Assembly (NCBI GenBank): GCA_013265495.1
Contig: MU058584.1
Span: 1,648,616 to 1,712,615 of the forward strand
Length of the DNA: 64,000 bases
Source: Vicugna vicugna
Taxonomy: Eukaryota
Reading direction: 5' to 3'
In this document: positions 24,906 through 37,308 of the stretch, one piece after another
Layout of the letters: every line of letters starts with the position of its first letter
Position numbering within the stretch: the stretch's first letter is position 1
Position numbers and translations under genes: made by a program
The notes under the pieces: model-generated
What the model was told of the DNA's origin: nothing
The model's input: only the letters and a program-made list of their open reading frames with translations
Database searches by the model: none

Positions 24906-26242
24906 TGAATTACACCTTCCCCTGGAGCTCTGCTTCCAGACCTGCTCTCCCCGCCCCCTTTTGTACCTCCTGCCCTCCCACCTGTGCTCCACAGTGTGTC
25001 AAAGTGGGTTGTATAGAAGCCTGGGCTGAGTCAACACAAAGTCTGGGCTGGGCTTCAGGAACCCCAGGCAGCACTGTTTCTTGACCATAAGCAGCACTGT
25101 ACCTCCCCCCCACAGAAGTACAGCTGAGCTCTACAGAAATGTAGCTCAGTAACTCGGCTTTCAGTGGGTGTAGACCTCTGTCAGGTACCTGCACGCTGAT
25201 GGCCATTTCAGAAAGTAGACAGGTTGGCAAAGCAAAAGGAATTGAGCCCTGCAAAGAACTCATCTCCAAGATTAAATCTTTGAAGATCCTCAGATAGCCA
25301 TTATTACTCTGGCTCCCTTCCAACTGAGAGAGTCAGCAAAATGATCAGTGTCTTATCTCTCAGGTAAAGGAAGATACTGAGAGCCCATTCCTTTTTGAGT
25401 GTATAAAATAAAAAATTCCACTGAGTGGTTACTTCCTGTGTTTGGCAGTTTTAAGATAGACAGTTCTTTTCTGGAACGAATAGGGAGTTGGCAGCAGCAA
25501 GTTTTCACATGCTAAAATAGCTCATCAACTTCTCCTGGCATGATTGTTAAGTGGGTTTAAGTGCTGCATTTTTTTTATAATTTACTGAATTGTTGATTAA
25601 ATATACATTATATTTCATTTCCAAGGCTGGCCCAAGGGTTCAGCTAATTCGAAGCAAACGTGAGCTAGTAGACAAAAAACAATGTTGAAGAAATTTCTTC
25701 ATAATTTCATCTTTTGGCCGAGTCAGTTGAAAATTTAAATTGTTTACGCACATGCATGTGTGCACATGCACATTAAGAATTAATTATATGAAATAATCTT
25801 CCCTGTAATCAAGGCGGAACTTCTAATTATTTTATTAATCTTTCCTCTCTTACTTTATCTACATAGATTATATAACTTCCTTGAAAACAAGATTTGGGTT
25901 TAATATTTTCCCTGTTTTAAACAAAGAGTTTAGCACAGTGCTGTAAATGCAATACACTCTCAACAGACACTCGATTATATAATTAGGATTTAAAGTTAAT
26001 TACACTATATGAAAACTTTCAAGAAACTCTAAATTCTATCTATTCAGAGATTATTATACCCTAAATAATTAACACTGGTCCACAGAATGAAGATTCAAAT
26101 TGAATTAGGCCATTTTGAAGGAATTGTGCTGGGCCATATACATTTCCATCTTTCAACTGAAGACCAAACATTTTGCCAGAAATTAAACTATACCCTCCCT
26201 TATAGCAACAGACTTTACTTTAAGGAGGCTAGTGAATTCTTC

Positions 26243-26880
26243 CAGGACTGCCCTTAGACCCAGATAAGGAAAGCCCTTGTCCCAGGCTCTGTGCTTCAGG
26301 GGCCTGGCCTCTGGAGCTACAGAGTACATTCCTTGAAATGTTCTGAGCCCTCTTTCAATGCCTGGGACAAGCTACGGCCATCAGCACCATCCTTACCAGG
26401 TGTCCCAAACCCACACTGGAACCCAAGTGGCCCCGGTCCCCGTTTCCTCCTGTATGGGGCACATGTGGAGTCGACCAGATGTCCGAAAGGGCTCAGGATT
26501 CACATCTATGGGAATGTATTAGGGCCCCATGTCTGGGAACTGGTTCCAGGAGAATGATCCACCAAGGGGGTTACTCTCCCTGGCAGGTGAGATATTCCCC
26601 TCACAGTATTATACAAGAACGGAGCTGACACACTGATTGTGGGTGGTGCTCACTCTCATGGGAACGTGAGTTCAGGGATCTGAGCTACCAATGGTTTCTC
26701 TCTGACCATTGGGCGTTATCTTCATGCAGTGGGGGGCTTTGCATTTGGTCAATAAATCACTATACTTCACATGGGTGCATGAACCTTGTAATACTTTTTA
26801 AATCAAATTATTTACATAGTCAGGGCGTCAGGAAAAAGAAAATTGTGTCTAGGGCCCCACAAATCCTGGAAGCAACTCTG
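26243..26880. mobile_element. hAT-Tip100-like DNA transposon remnant (MER45/MER91-type ends)
   Basis: Starts caggactgccc, ends 'agggccccacaaatcctggaagcaactctg'; partial 8-bp TSD aattcttc / agctcttc. Confidence 0.55.
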
Positions 26881-27299
26881 AGCTCTTCTATATATTGTCC
26901 AGGAGGGAGGGAAATAAATGACTAATGTTGGAAATTCAGGTACAAAATTCTTGTTCACAGACCTGAGTATTTGGAAAATTGCATAAGCAACTGCTATCAG
27001 GTTTGGATTTGTATTAAAATTGATAGGATTTTTGTAGGGACAAGAGTTTTTAAGATTTTCTGTATGCCTTATCTAAGAATGATGGATGTTTAGAGGGTCA
27101 GGGCCTTCAATCTGTGGCACAGTGGAGCACAATAAAGGATAATCTTGTGACTGAAAAATCTGCTTTGAATGATGTGTTTTAAACCGAAATCATATTTAAT
27201 TATCAAAAATATATGTTAAAATGTTGCCATCATCGTAAGGTAGTCTGTCCAAATTTTGATCATTGAATATGTTAGACCTTCATGATTAGTGGAATGAAT

Positions 27300-27850
27300 A
27301 TTCCACTCTGAAACTTAATTGCACGCAGAATGAGGAAGCCACCCCAGATTCTGCCTTGGTGACATGGATTCCTACGAGAAAAGCGCCACCAGCCAGAAGT
27401 TTGCCTTCGCTGGTTTCCGCGGAGAGTTTATTTTGAAGCTCTTTATTATTATTCAAATATAAGAAGAATTCAGCAAAACCATGACTCACTATCATTAATT
27501 ATTCACTGGGATTAAGGAATTGGTTATAACCGCGTCTCTCTTTAATCCTGTTTTATTAATTTATATTCTTGGCAAACTCTTCTACTAAATGGATTCCAGC
27601 TCACTGTGGGGACCCGGAGAAAGAATGGAAGGTCCCTGGGGTCAAAGAGCAGCGTTTGCTTTAATTTGATAAAATAAATTAGCATGGGATTATGGGCGCT
27701 ATTAGCATAAACTCCCCCACTGCTGCTGCTCTGGACTTCAGGAGAATCGTGAGTGATTATGTTGACTCTTGCCTGATTTTCTATGAAATCGGATCTTTCC
27801 ATATAGCTAATCTAGTCAGGTAGTTTGAGGAGTCGCTGCTCTTTGTGAAA
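27300..27850. promoter_or_regulatory. Candidate enhancer rich in K50-homeodomain (TAATCC) and POU-like sites
   Basis: No recognisable repeat, CpGs retained; GGATTA 27509-27514 and 27687-27692, TAATCC 27543-27548, ATTAGCAT 27678-27685 and 27701-27708, TGACTCA 27482-27488. Confidence 0.45.
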
Positions 27851-27855
27851 ATGTC

Positions 27856-27874
27856 TGTGTGTGTGTGTGTGTGT
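27856..27874. repeat. (TG)n microsatellite
   Basis: Direct read of a TG run of about 9 units. Confidence 0.9.
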
Positions 27875-29000
27875 CTAGTATTTGTACTTGCTGGCATATG
27901 GGGAAAAAAAAAATCAAAGTGGCTTTCAACCTCACAAAAGACCTCCAGGGTCACTAGTGTTCCATCCAGAAATGTTTCTACTCTGGCCGTGGAACAGAGA
28001 CGAACAAGATATTTCCCCTGAGACATCACTTCCAAAGGTTAAACCTGTGCAGAGGTGCCTCTAACTTTACTTTCACCCTTCTGTGGCTCCAGCTATGAAT
28101 TCTAAGACCTGAATCATCACCAAGATTAAGCCCTATGTTTCTCTCAGGAAAAAAGAAAAAAAAAAGAGTTCTGTGTCTTTGACATATGCTGGTCAAAGTT
28201 CTGCTTCTTCTCCATGTGTTTTAAAATTAGCTCATCTGGAGCTTGAAGAGTACTCAAAGTGTTCTGGGTTTTGTTGAACACACTTGTAATTCCCCTGTGT
28301 GTCCTCTTCATTATTTTAGATTTTGGTCCTATGTACCACTGAGCTTCAGTTTCTCAGCCAAAGGCAGAGAGTGAAGTTTCAGCTCCTCAGGGTGAGCCTG
28401 TTGCCTGTGCTTCAGTGACCCTCTTCACTCTGCTTCTGACGGCTGTCTCCTCTGCATCTTCACCTGCACTTTGTAGATAGAATATGGGCCTAGACACTGC
28501 ACATTCTTCCAAAGGCAAAAAGCAGGATGCACCTTATTTAATTAAACACATTCCTGGCTTTGCAAAGCAATTGTGTTTTAAATTAATTGAGCCTATTTTA
28601 AAATACACTGATTCTGTGTAATGAAGAAGCCAGTTTGCTTTTTTTTCTGACTTACAAATTCCAGTCTATAATCATTGGTCTTGCTGGTTCAGAAAATGAA
28701 ATCCTGAAGCCTAGATTCTCTTTCCAATTTTCTCGCATTACCAGATGACCTTGGCGTTCTGGGGGATGTGAAGAGGATGGTGGCCTAGCTCCACCCTCAG
28801 AAAGCTTGAAATTAGATGGAGAAGTAACTGAAGGGCCCCTTGCCAGTTACTTCTATCTTATCACTGCTTGTCTATGCTTTGAGCATGGCTGTTAGAGTCT
28901 GACAAAATTGAGTTTAAACAAATTTCTTCCATCTACTGGTTGGGTGAATTTGAACAAGGGATTTAAAATTCTAGAACCTTTATTTTTGAATTTAAGATTT

Positions 29001-29163
29001 TTTATTTGCTTGTTTTTTGTTTTTTTTTTGTTGTTGTTTTTCTGTTTTGTTTTTTCAGTGGGGGAGTAATTAGCTTTTTATTTATGTAATGGAGCTACTG
29101 GGGATTGACCAAGACCTTGTGCGTGCTAAGCACATACCCTACCACTGAGCTAGACCCTCCCCC
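29001..29163 (-). mobile_element. Camelid tRNA-derived SINE (Vic-1 type)
   Basis: Reverse complement ggggagggtctagctcagtggtagggtatgtgcttagc...aatccccagta...ctaattactccccc plus A-rich tail; TSD aatttaagattt / aacttaaggttt. Confidence 0.88.
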
Positions 29164-29421
29164 TAACTTAAGGTTTAACATGATTATGTTTATGAGTATA
29201 ATCATATATGTGTCATCCAGTTAACAGGGACTACCTGAAGTACTGAACGTGCATGTCCCAGCACAGGGCTGGAGGACACACTGGAGACACCTCATCGGTA
29301 CAGTCACCACCTCCTGCCCCACGATTCTTACTGTGACCAGCCATTTGGCTCTTGGGAAAAATAACTGCTACCCTTAAACCTTGAGAGCACCGGGAAAATG
29401 TGTAGCCACAAGGGCCTAGGT

Positions 29422-29610
29422 AAGGGTTTCCTAGCCTTTTATACATCATGAAACACACAGAAAATTATGATATTTGTAAGGCACACAGGAACTTGTATGA
29501 ATATGGCTTAAGTTCTGTGCTTCCCCTCGCCTCCACATACACGGGTCACCTGACAGCTGAAGGCATCAATAAATCAGTAATGTCAGGCCCTTGAGCTGTG
29601 AGAAGCTATG
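29422..29610. mobile_element. hAT-Charlie-like MITE remnant
   Basis: 'gggtttcctagccttttatacatcatgaaacacacagaaaattatgatatttgtaaggcacac', with ctag-containing flanks. Confidence 0.4.
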
Positions 29611-29940
29611 ATCTAGGATTCTGGACAACGTCATGTGGGTATTTGAGGAGTGCAATTGCCTCTATCAGCACCTTTCAAACAGCTATGCAATTTAGGAAAT
29701 GAGGTCTCAAGAGTTTAACAAACAAATTGCTCAACATACGTGTGAAGTGAGATATCATTGAAGAGTATTCTATATATGAAATCAGAGGGTGAAGAAGAGT
29801 CCCTTAAAGACAAGGAACCTCTTTAAAAAGAAAATATTGATTTTTGAATTGGAGGCACCATTCTTCCTCGATTGCTACGTAAGTCAAATCAAGTTCTCAT
29901 CCCGTTTAGGACAATATGGGCAAATGCCCATCTGCATGTT

Positions 29941-30114
29941 TATTTTATTTTTTAACATATCATATATATATATTAGATTTTTATTTTTTTAATTTTGGGG
30001 GGGGAGATAATTAGATTTTTAAAATTTATTTATCTTTAATGGAGGTACCTGGAATTGAACCCAGGACCTTATGCATGTTAGGCAAACACTCTACCACTGA
30101 GCTATCCCCTCCCC
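29941..30114 (-). mobile_element. Camelid tRNA-derived SINE (Vic-1 type)
   Basis: Reverse complement ggggaggggatagctcagtggtagagtg...gtcctgggttcaattccaggtacctcc; TSD catctgcatgtt (29929-29940) / catctgcatttt (30115-30126). Confidence 0.9.
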
Positions 30115-30892
30115 CATCTGCATTTTTAAATTCCACTGTGCACAGATGGCAGCATTGGTAGAACTTCCAAGATCAAAAAAATGACCCCTCTTCTCTTTTC
30201 CCTTTGCTTTGTGTCTCTCAGTTTCCACCCCAACATAGATGAGGAGACCTTGACGACTGTTACACCTACACGTGGTACGCGTGGTACAAGGCCTCCCTCA
30301 ACCCAGCAGCTCCAAGCAAGTCACCTGCCAGGCTGGGGCCGAGGTGCTCACCAACACTTCATTACCCTGGAGCTGCTGCCATCAGTTAGCAAATGAAAAC
30401 CCTAAGATTGCCTCGCAAAAATGAGTTATTTTCACTTTATGAAATTTGTCTATGGGCTGTTCAAAGTTATTTGATATTAAAAATGTGAGAGGGAAACTCC
30501 ACTGGGAGTTGCAGAACAGCAATAACATTTAAATAAATTACTAAGCCTGACATCCAAATAGTTTATTTTTCAATACCCCACCACTCTTCATGATAATTCT
30601 CAGCCATAACCATAATGCTTTCAGTACCAGCCTTGTTTATCACGCCTTGAGAATGCTACCTGTTTTGCCTTTAATCCGACTCTAAGTGCTTTATCTTAAG
30701 AACATATTGGACCACCTGCACGTATAAACAGAGGAGCGGAAAATGCTTCTGCACCGGTCTGCCTCTACTCAGCTCTTACTCGGAGGGATGCCTCCGGAGA
30801 GATTGTCCAATCAGAGTCAAGATTGCCAAAGGAGGCGATGTTTCCAATGGTCAACCCTATAGAAGAAAAAAAGAAAAAGAAAAAAAAAAACA

Positions 30893-31058
30893 GGGGGAGG
30901 GCATAGCTCACGTGGTAGAGCGCATGCTCAGCACACAAGCCGTCCTGGATTCAATCCCCAGTTCCCTCCTCCAAGTGGAACTCAATGACGAAAACTAATT
31001 ACCTCCCCGTCAGAATACAGACAATACAAGCAAAAACAAAAAACAAAAACAAAAATAA
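30893..31058 (+). mobile_element. Camelid tRNA-derived SINE (Vic-1 type)
   Basis: gggggagggcatagctcacgtggtagagcgcatgctcagcac...gtcctggattcaatccccag...ctaattacctcccc plus CA-punctuated A-rich tail; inserted next to an A-tract. Confidence 0.9.
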
Positions 31059-31592
31059 TTCATTTAATTTTTTTTTATTAGAAACTTGGCTCCTCTGGGT
31101 GTTTATTCCAAGAACAGACAGTTGGTGTCAGAGACCACGCTTGCAGTCTACAGTAGATAGTGATTTTTTTTTCAGATTCTTTGTGTAAGAAATCTGGGCT
31201 AAAATGGTCACCAGGTCTGAATTTCAAAGTGGGTGGTGGTTTGGGCAACAACAAATGTGAATCCAGGCCCTGCTCCCTATGAGGCCTTTCTTTCAGTCAA
31301 GCCTGCAGGAGAAAGTCAGCTGGAAGTGAATGGCCTGCCGTGCCTCTGTGCCGTCCCCGCGTGTGCACGTGGAGGCTTGGGCCCGAGAGGGGTTCAGGGC
31401 CCTCGGTGTCCTATTCTGCCTGTTCAGACCGGCCCTCGCAGGCTTGGGATGGGGAAGCGGGGCAGAGTTAGGTACCTAACACAAGGGTCACGAGAACCCC
31501 AGAATCAGGCCCTGCTGCTTGTCCTGCCGCCAAGTTGCTTTCTTCTCAGAGCTCCATTTCCTCCTTTGCAAAATGAGCATATTGGACTAGAT

Positions 31593-31822
31593 TCTGTGTT
31601 TTCAATGGAGTTAACATTGCCCTCTGGCAGGCAGAAATTAGTTCTTGAAGGATTAGAAAATTCTTAACTACGACGCTGGCTTGTGACCTTTCAAAGTTCA
31701 ACCTGCCCCAACAAAATTGTATTTTTTGCTATCAAATGTATCTTGTTAGGGAAAATTTAAATATAATTAATTTTTTATGCATAGAGGTGTGATAATAGAA
31801 AAAATAATTTTGAGAGACAATG
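31593..31822. mobile_element. MER112-like hAT-Charlie element
   Basis: 'aaattagttcttg...ggcttgtgacctttcaaagttcaacctgccccaacaaaatt...ttgagagacaatg'. Confidence 0.65.
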
Positions 31823-32559
31823 TATTAGATGAGTTGTAATGTTTCTAGAATTCTAAAATTATGGGATTCTTTGAAATGCAAAAATTCCCAGGAGGTGATA
31901 GAACCTAGAAAATGAGCTTGACGCAATTTTCTGTAACTTTATAGGTTTAAATATGCAAAATTAAAATTGGAGGTTATTTCTTTATTAACTGTATCTGTTA
32001 CAAGATAGATAATATTACGTAACTATGTCAATGTTACATTTTTCTTCAGGCACAAATAAGTAAGACAAAATAGCACTTTAAAAAAATACAATTTTTCTAT
32101 AAATGAAATTATTTAAAATAGCATAGTTATTTATCTAAAATTAATACAAAAATAGTTACAATTTAAATTAAGATGTAAGGAAATAGAAACTATTATCTAG
32201 AGTTCAGTATCTACTTAAGGTTTCCAATTATTAGCAAGCATTGCTTCATTTCATCTTTGTCCCAGTTTTTCTTCAGAAACATAAGTTAACCATTGCTTTC
32301 ACTCAATTTCCATTTGCAAGAACCAGTCTTTTCATTTTGCTCTAACTTTCAGATGCTTAAATTTTACACAGTTGCCTCGATCATTTTGGGGTCAAAAGCT
32401 CTTAATTGTCAGTTTGTGAGCATATTAGATGCAAGATATTAATTTTGTATTCTCTAAATTCTTAATTAATTCTCTGTTTCCTGTATCCTTTATCTCTTTT
32501 GATTCTTCTTCACACAAAGGAATAGCAGTTTTCTGAAATGAAACAAAACAAAGAAGAAA

Positions 32560-32780
32560 GGATGGTAGACAAAGCACTGAGCACTAGGATAAGAGCACAG
32601 ATTTTAACTTTGGGTTCAAATTTTTGACTTTGAAAAAATTTCACAATGTTATGAGCCTCAGTTTCTTTGTAAAATATGTCTTGGGGGGTATTGTAACACC
32701 TCAGTGGGTAAATATATAGAGAAACTTTATAGAATTTGCACATAATAGGCACATCTATAATTATGGTTATTGTTATTATT
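32560..32780 (+). mobile_element. MIR SINE
   Basis: 'ttgggttcaaat...tgagcctcagtttctttgtaaaat...gcacataataggcacatctataa' with a (tta)n-like tail. Confidence 0.75.
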
Positions 32781-33046
32781 AAGCGAGGTTTAAAACGATA
32801 AAGCAGTGTTCTTTATATTTTAAACCTATATTGTTGATGTCTTATGTGCCTCCTCCCCTTCCTCAGAACATCCCAATAAGCATGATTCAAAGCAGAAGAA
32901 ATGATTATTCCATAGTCCTCTGAAGAACTTTCCAAGTACTGTTTGATATAAATTGAAGCCCATAGAAACTATGGAGCCCAGAAAGATAAGAATTGGCTGG
33001 CTGTTGGATTGTCAATCTTCCTTGTCAGTCAAAACAGAAGTCATCT

Positions 33047-33713
33047 AAACCCTAATTGGAAAAGATAACATGCACATCAATGTTCATAGCATCGCTATTT
33101 ACAATAGAGAAGACATGGAAAAACCTAGATGTCCATTGACAGGTAATTGGATAAAGAAGATGTGGTTGATATACATACACACACACACACATACGCATAC
33201 ATACACACAATGGAATACTACTCAGCCATAAAAAACAATAAACTAATGCCATTCTCAGCAACATGGATGGACCTTGAAATTTGTCCTACAAAGTGAAGTA
33301 AGTCAGAAAGAAAGAAAAATACCATATGATATCACTTATATGTGAATTCTAAAAAATTTTAAATGAGACAAATAAACTTATTTACAAAACAAAAACAGAC
33401 TCATAGACATAGAAAAGAAATTTGTGGTTACTAGAGAGGTAAGGGGGAGGGAATGAAAGGATAAACTGAAAGTTCAGGACTTGCTGATACAAACTAATAT
33501 ATAAAAAAATAGGTTAACTACAAGGTCCTACTGTAGAGCACAGGGAGCTATATTCAATATCTTGTAATAACCTATAATGAAAAAGAATCTGAAAAGGACT
33601 ATATGTATAACTGAAATAGTATGCTGTACATCAGAAATTAACACATCATAAATCAACCATACTTCAATTTAAAACATTTAAAATTAATACATTCTTTCCA
33701 GTTTAAAAAAAAA
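33047..33713 (+). mobile_element. 5'-truncated cetartiodactyl-type L1 with 16-bp TSD
   Basis: ORF2 end and 3' UTR; TSD aaaacagaagtcatct (33031-33046) / aaaacagaagtcctct (33714-33729). Confidence 0.92.
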
Positions 33714-35075
33714 AAAACAGAAGTCCTCTTCACTTCTGGAACTCTTACTTTAAAGTCTCTTGAGCATTGCCTACCGCAAAAATAATATCCTCCTTGGGAC
33801 TCTTGCTTTTCGTCCGTCAGTAATGTTTGGCTTCTTCTCTTCTCACTTGTGCACGATTGCTTTAAGACAGCTGCACATCTGGTCAAGAGCTGCTACCATG
33901 TTTAATGCCCTATGAAAAATTAGGCATTTTATAGGAGTAATTGCTGTGTCGGGCAGCTGGTGGCCAGACGTAACAGCAGAGTTGATCCATTAGGGGCACA
34001 CCCCATTCATGGGCAGAATGTCTGTGCCTGCGTCTGCACACGGAAGTCTGAAGGCAGTGGCTGGCAATTGTTGCTCTACCGAGGTGAGCCTGAAAACCAA
34101 GCATAAGATGACAAATATGCTGGATCTCTTTGCAGTAACACCAGCCACACTGTCTGCACGTAACTCTGAATGTGAAGTACTGGATTGTTTGTAATGTGAT
34201 AGGTTGGTTTTGTAAATATCCTTACTCAAATTTTTCAAAAACTACATAGATCCCTCCATTTACTATATGTGGTATTTTTATTACTAGTCTCCTAGGGAAA
34301 GGGGTCCAGTCTGCTACTTCTGGAGGTTACTAAACTAGACAGATGATACACTAGCTATAAAAACGTTCTTTTTCCCCCTCCCTCCCTCCCTGATTTCAGA
34401 ATAATGACTTGATGTCAGAAAGATGAAGAAACAGGGTATTAGCGGTGGAAGAAACCGAGACCTTCTCTGGTTCAACTTTATTGTTTGAGGGAGAAGGAGA
34501 CTGAGGCACAGAAACATTCCAGGGAGTGAGTGTGGATGAGGGAGGCCATCCCTGGGGTGCTGTTGCCTAGGCTGGTATTTTCCCCACAGCTCTTTGTTGT
34601 CTTCAGAGACTTTTACCGAGGCCAAGTAGGAAGGTCACTGAGATGTGTGAGTGGCATGCAGTCCACTTTGCATAAAGAGGGATCCAGATCCTCCTGAAAG
34701 ACCACCAATGAACTGTAGGTGGATCTTCAACGCTATGACTGATTCTGCTTTATTTACACACAGAAGGCACTTAATAAATGCTCTTAGATTGAGGTTAAGT
34801 CAGGCATGGGTGCTTCTCAGTAATCCAATGGAGTCAACAAGCTGCGAACTGGAATGTCTGTAACATGTCACCATGCTCATTATGAACATGCAGAACGTCC
34901 TCCGTTCTCTGGTATCATTGTCAAAATTCAAGGAAGTTTTTCTCTCAGAGTATGCATCTGAAGAAACTGAATACAGGTACAAATTGAAACTTAATTTACA
35001 AAAAATAGAGAGAGAGTCTTCTGGGATTCAAACGGACATTAAATAAATATTTTAAAGATTTATTTGAATTACAGA

Positions 35076-35530
35076 ACGGGGCTGTGGCTAGCAATCCACC
35101 TGACGTTATTACTCTTCTTTCTACAGTAAGGAATCGTGAGTGGCGTGCAGCTGCCCCAGCGAGGATACATCCTAGCCCCGGCCCCTTACCGCCAGCTGAG
35201 GCCACGTGACTAGTCCACTTGACCGTGAGGGGAAGTGATGTGTGTCACATCAGGGTGGAGTGGGGCATTGAAAAGCAGTTTAACTGTCTCCTCACTTTCT
35301 TTCCTTATTGACCAACTGAATACAGAACACTCACAGGCCCTCGTGGGCAAGGGTAGCCAGCTCACAAGGTGGCGGCATCTGGGTCACTGAATCTCCATGT
35401 GGAAGAAAGCCACTTGCCAACCAGAGATACCTTCTTTGACTACTACCTGAAAAAAACAAACTTGTATTGTGTTAGCCCCTGCTATTGAAGAATCTATACC
35501 TTACAGCAGCTAGAGTCAGCTTAACACACA
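35076..35530 (+). mobile_element. MaLR LTR (MLT1J-like)
   Basis: 'ggccacgtgactag...ggaagtgatgtgtgtcac', 'tgggtcactgaat', 'aaacttgtattgtgttagccc...ttacagcagctag'. Confidence 0.75.
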
Positions 35531-35904
35531 GGTCAAAGTGAAAATGACCAGGTTCGATCCCAACAAAATTTACTTTAGAAGGAGACTACAGATTGCACAA
35601 AAGAGACATCAAATTGTACCAAGCAAGGAGTTGTATATCTCATACTCCATCTCTGAGTTATATATACTTAGAGTCATGAACTGGGGATTGTAATTGAAAG
35701 GTCAGATTGATGAGACTAGCTCCAGAGATAAGATTTCTATGACAGGTTGATGGATACGCCACTATCAAGGTGTACTTTTAATCATAATCTCATTACTTTA
35801 CTTCTGATGGTGGGACTCACCTTGCAAGAAGAATTTGGTTCTCTTTCAGAACTAAGAATGGCCTTCAGGGCCAGAGGAGAAGTGGCTGAAGTAGCAGCGA
35901 GGAA

Positions 35905-35963
35905 GGAGACACAGAGAGAGGGAGACAGGAAGGAAGAAGAAGAGAGAGAGAGAGAGAGAGAGA
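35905..35963. repeat. GA-rich / (GA)n microsatellite
   Basis: Purine tract ending in about 11 GA units. Confidence 0.85.
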
Positions 35964-37109
35964 CCCAAGAGTACGTGAGTGCAGAGATTCAGCGAAGTAC
36001 TGCTGGAGCGGGTAGTGAGGATGGAGGTTAGAAACCTAATGCGGCGTCTGCAGATGTCTCCATAAGACCAGGAGGAAGTCATCCCAAGCCAGTAAGCGTG
36101 TCATGGGGAGAAATGAGGATTTAAACTTAATAGCAAATAGATCCAGCCACGCAGCTTTGTAGAGCTGTGGGGGAGCTTGGTTCTTAGCCCAGAGAGAGCT
36201 TAACAGAAGTCAATAATGAAATCATCAAGACGCAAGCACTAAATGCTTAAATGCGTTGTCTTTGTCTTTCATTACAAAGGCTCTGCTTCTCTCCAAGCAC
36301 AACCTCAGAGTGCACAACGGAACCTTCACTCAAAAGAAAACAAAGTTACCCACGTTACAAAAATACAAGTCATGTTGTCTTAGTTCATTATCTATTACTT
36401 TCCAGAGGGAAAATCAAAAATAAGGAAACAGAAATAAGCAAAGGATGGAAGCATATGAAAACCCCAAATGTAAATTGAAATGCAAGTTTAAATAGCTTTT
36501 CTCAAATTGCCATTCAATTACAAACACTGCTTTTCTTACATGACCTCCCCCTACAAAATTCAACAGCAACAATGACCAGTTCTCACATATATTTCAGTGC
36601 TTTATCAACACTTACTTATTAAGCTTCTTTATACTTCAGATAGGAAAATAAATACATTTTACTTGCACAGAGCCAGGGCCAAGGGTAATTTGTAGTTATA
36701 CCACACCTCATGCTAGTGGAAGAACTAGGAACAGACATGGTAGTAATTCTCTAGGGAGAATCACAAAGAAATTCATCCTGTAAAATTAGAGATACAATAT
36801 CCTAACACCGATGATAATAGAACTATGATAATATTATTTTTTCAGTAATACATAGGACAATCTTCAGTAAACTATAGGACAATTCATTCAATCAGCGTAT
36901 ACTGAGAACCTTCTCTGAATTAAGCCAGTATTCCTGGTGTGGTCATTGTAGAGATGAATATGGAGCAGTCCCTGCCACCAAGAGGCTCAAATAGAATTAT
37001 TTCACTCTCTTCCAAAAATAAATTTCTAAATAAAAAAAGGAGAAACCAAAGATTAAGGATTACATAGGAAATCACATTATATTCGCCAAAATAGAGAACA
37101 AAGACATTC

Positions 37110-37308
37110 ACATATTTGAAAGTCACTAAGAGAGAATATCTTAAAAGTTTTCATCACAAGAAAAAAATTGTGACTGTGTATGGTTAGGAATGTTAATTAG
37201 GCTTGTTGTGGTGGTCATTTCACAATATGTACAAAATATTGAATCACTGTGTAGTACTCTGAACTAATATAATATGTCAATTATATGTCAATTATACCTC
37301 AAAAAAAA
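37110..37308 (+). mobile_element. L1MA9/10-like 3' end
   Basis: 'taagagagaatatcttaaaagttttcatcacaag...gtggtcatttcacaat...tgtcaattatacctcaaaaaaaa'. Confidence 0.8.

Noticed and set aside
24910..25323. 137-aa minus-strand ORF
   Set aside because: Non-ATG start, no recognisable homology and no convincing exon boundaries.
30893..30965. tRNA gene
   Set aside because: It has tRNA-like A/B boxes but a degenerate stem structure, followed by a SINE body and A-rich tail; two more copies with TSDs lie nearby, so it is a SINE.
31233..31667. Longest ORF in the track (144 aa)
   Set aside because: GTG start, no recognisable domain, and its 3' part runs through MIR-like and MER112-like sequence; likely a chance ORF in a GC-richer patch.
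35361..35378. CTCF-like motif tcacaaggtggcgg
   Set aside because: Two core mismatches, and it lies within an MLT1 LTR at a position resembling the repeat's own sequence.
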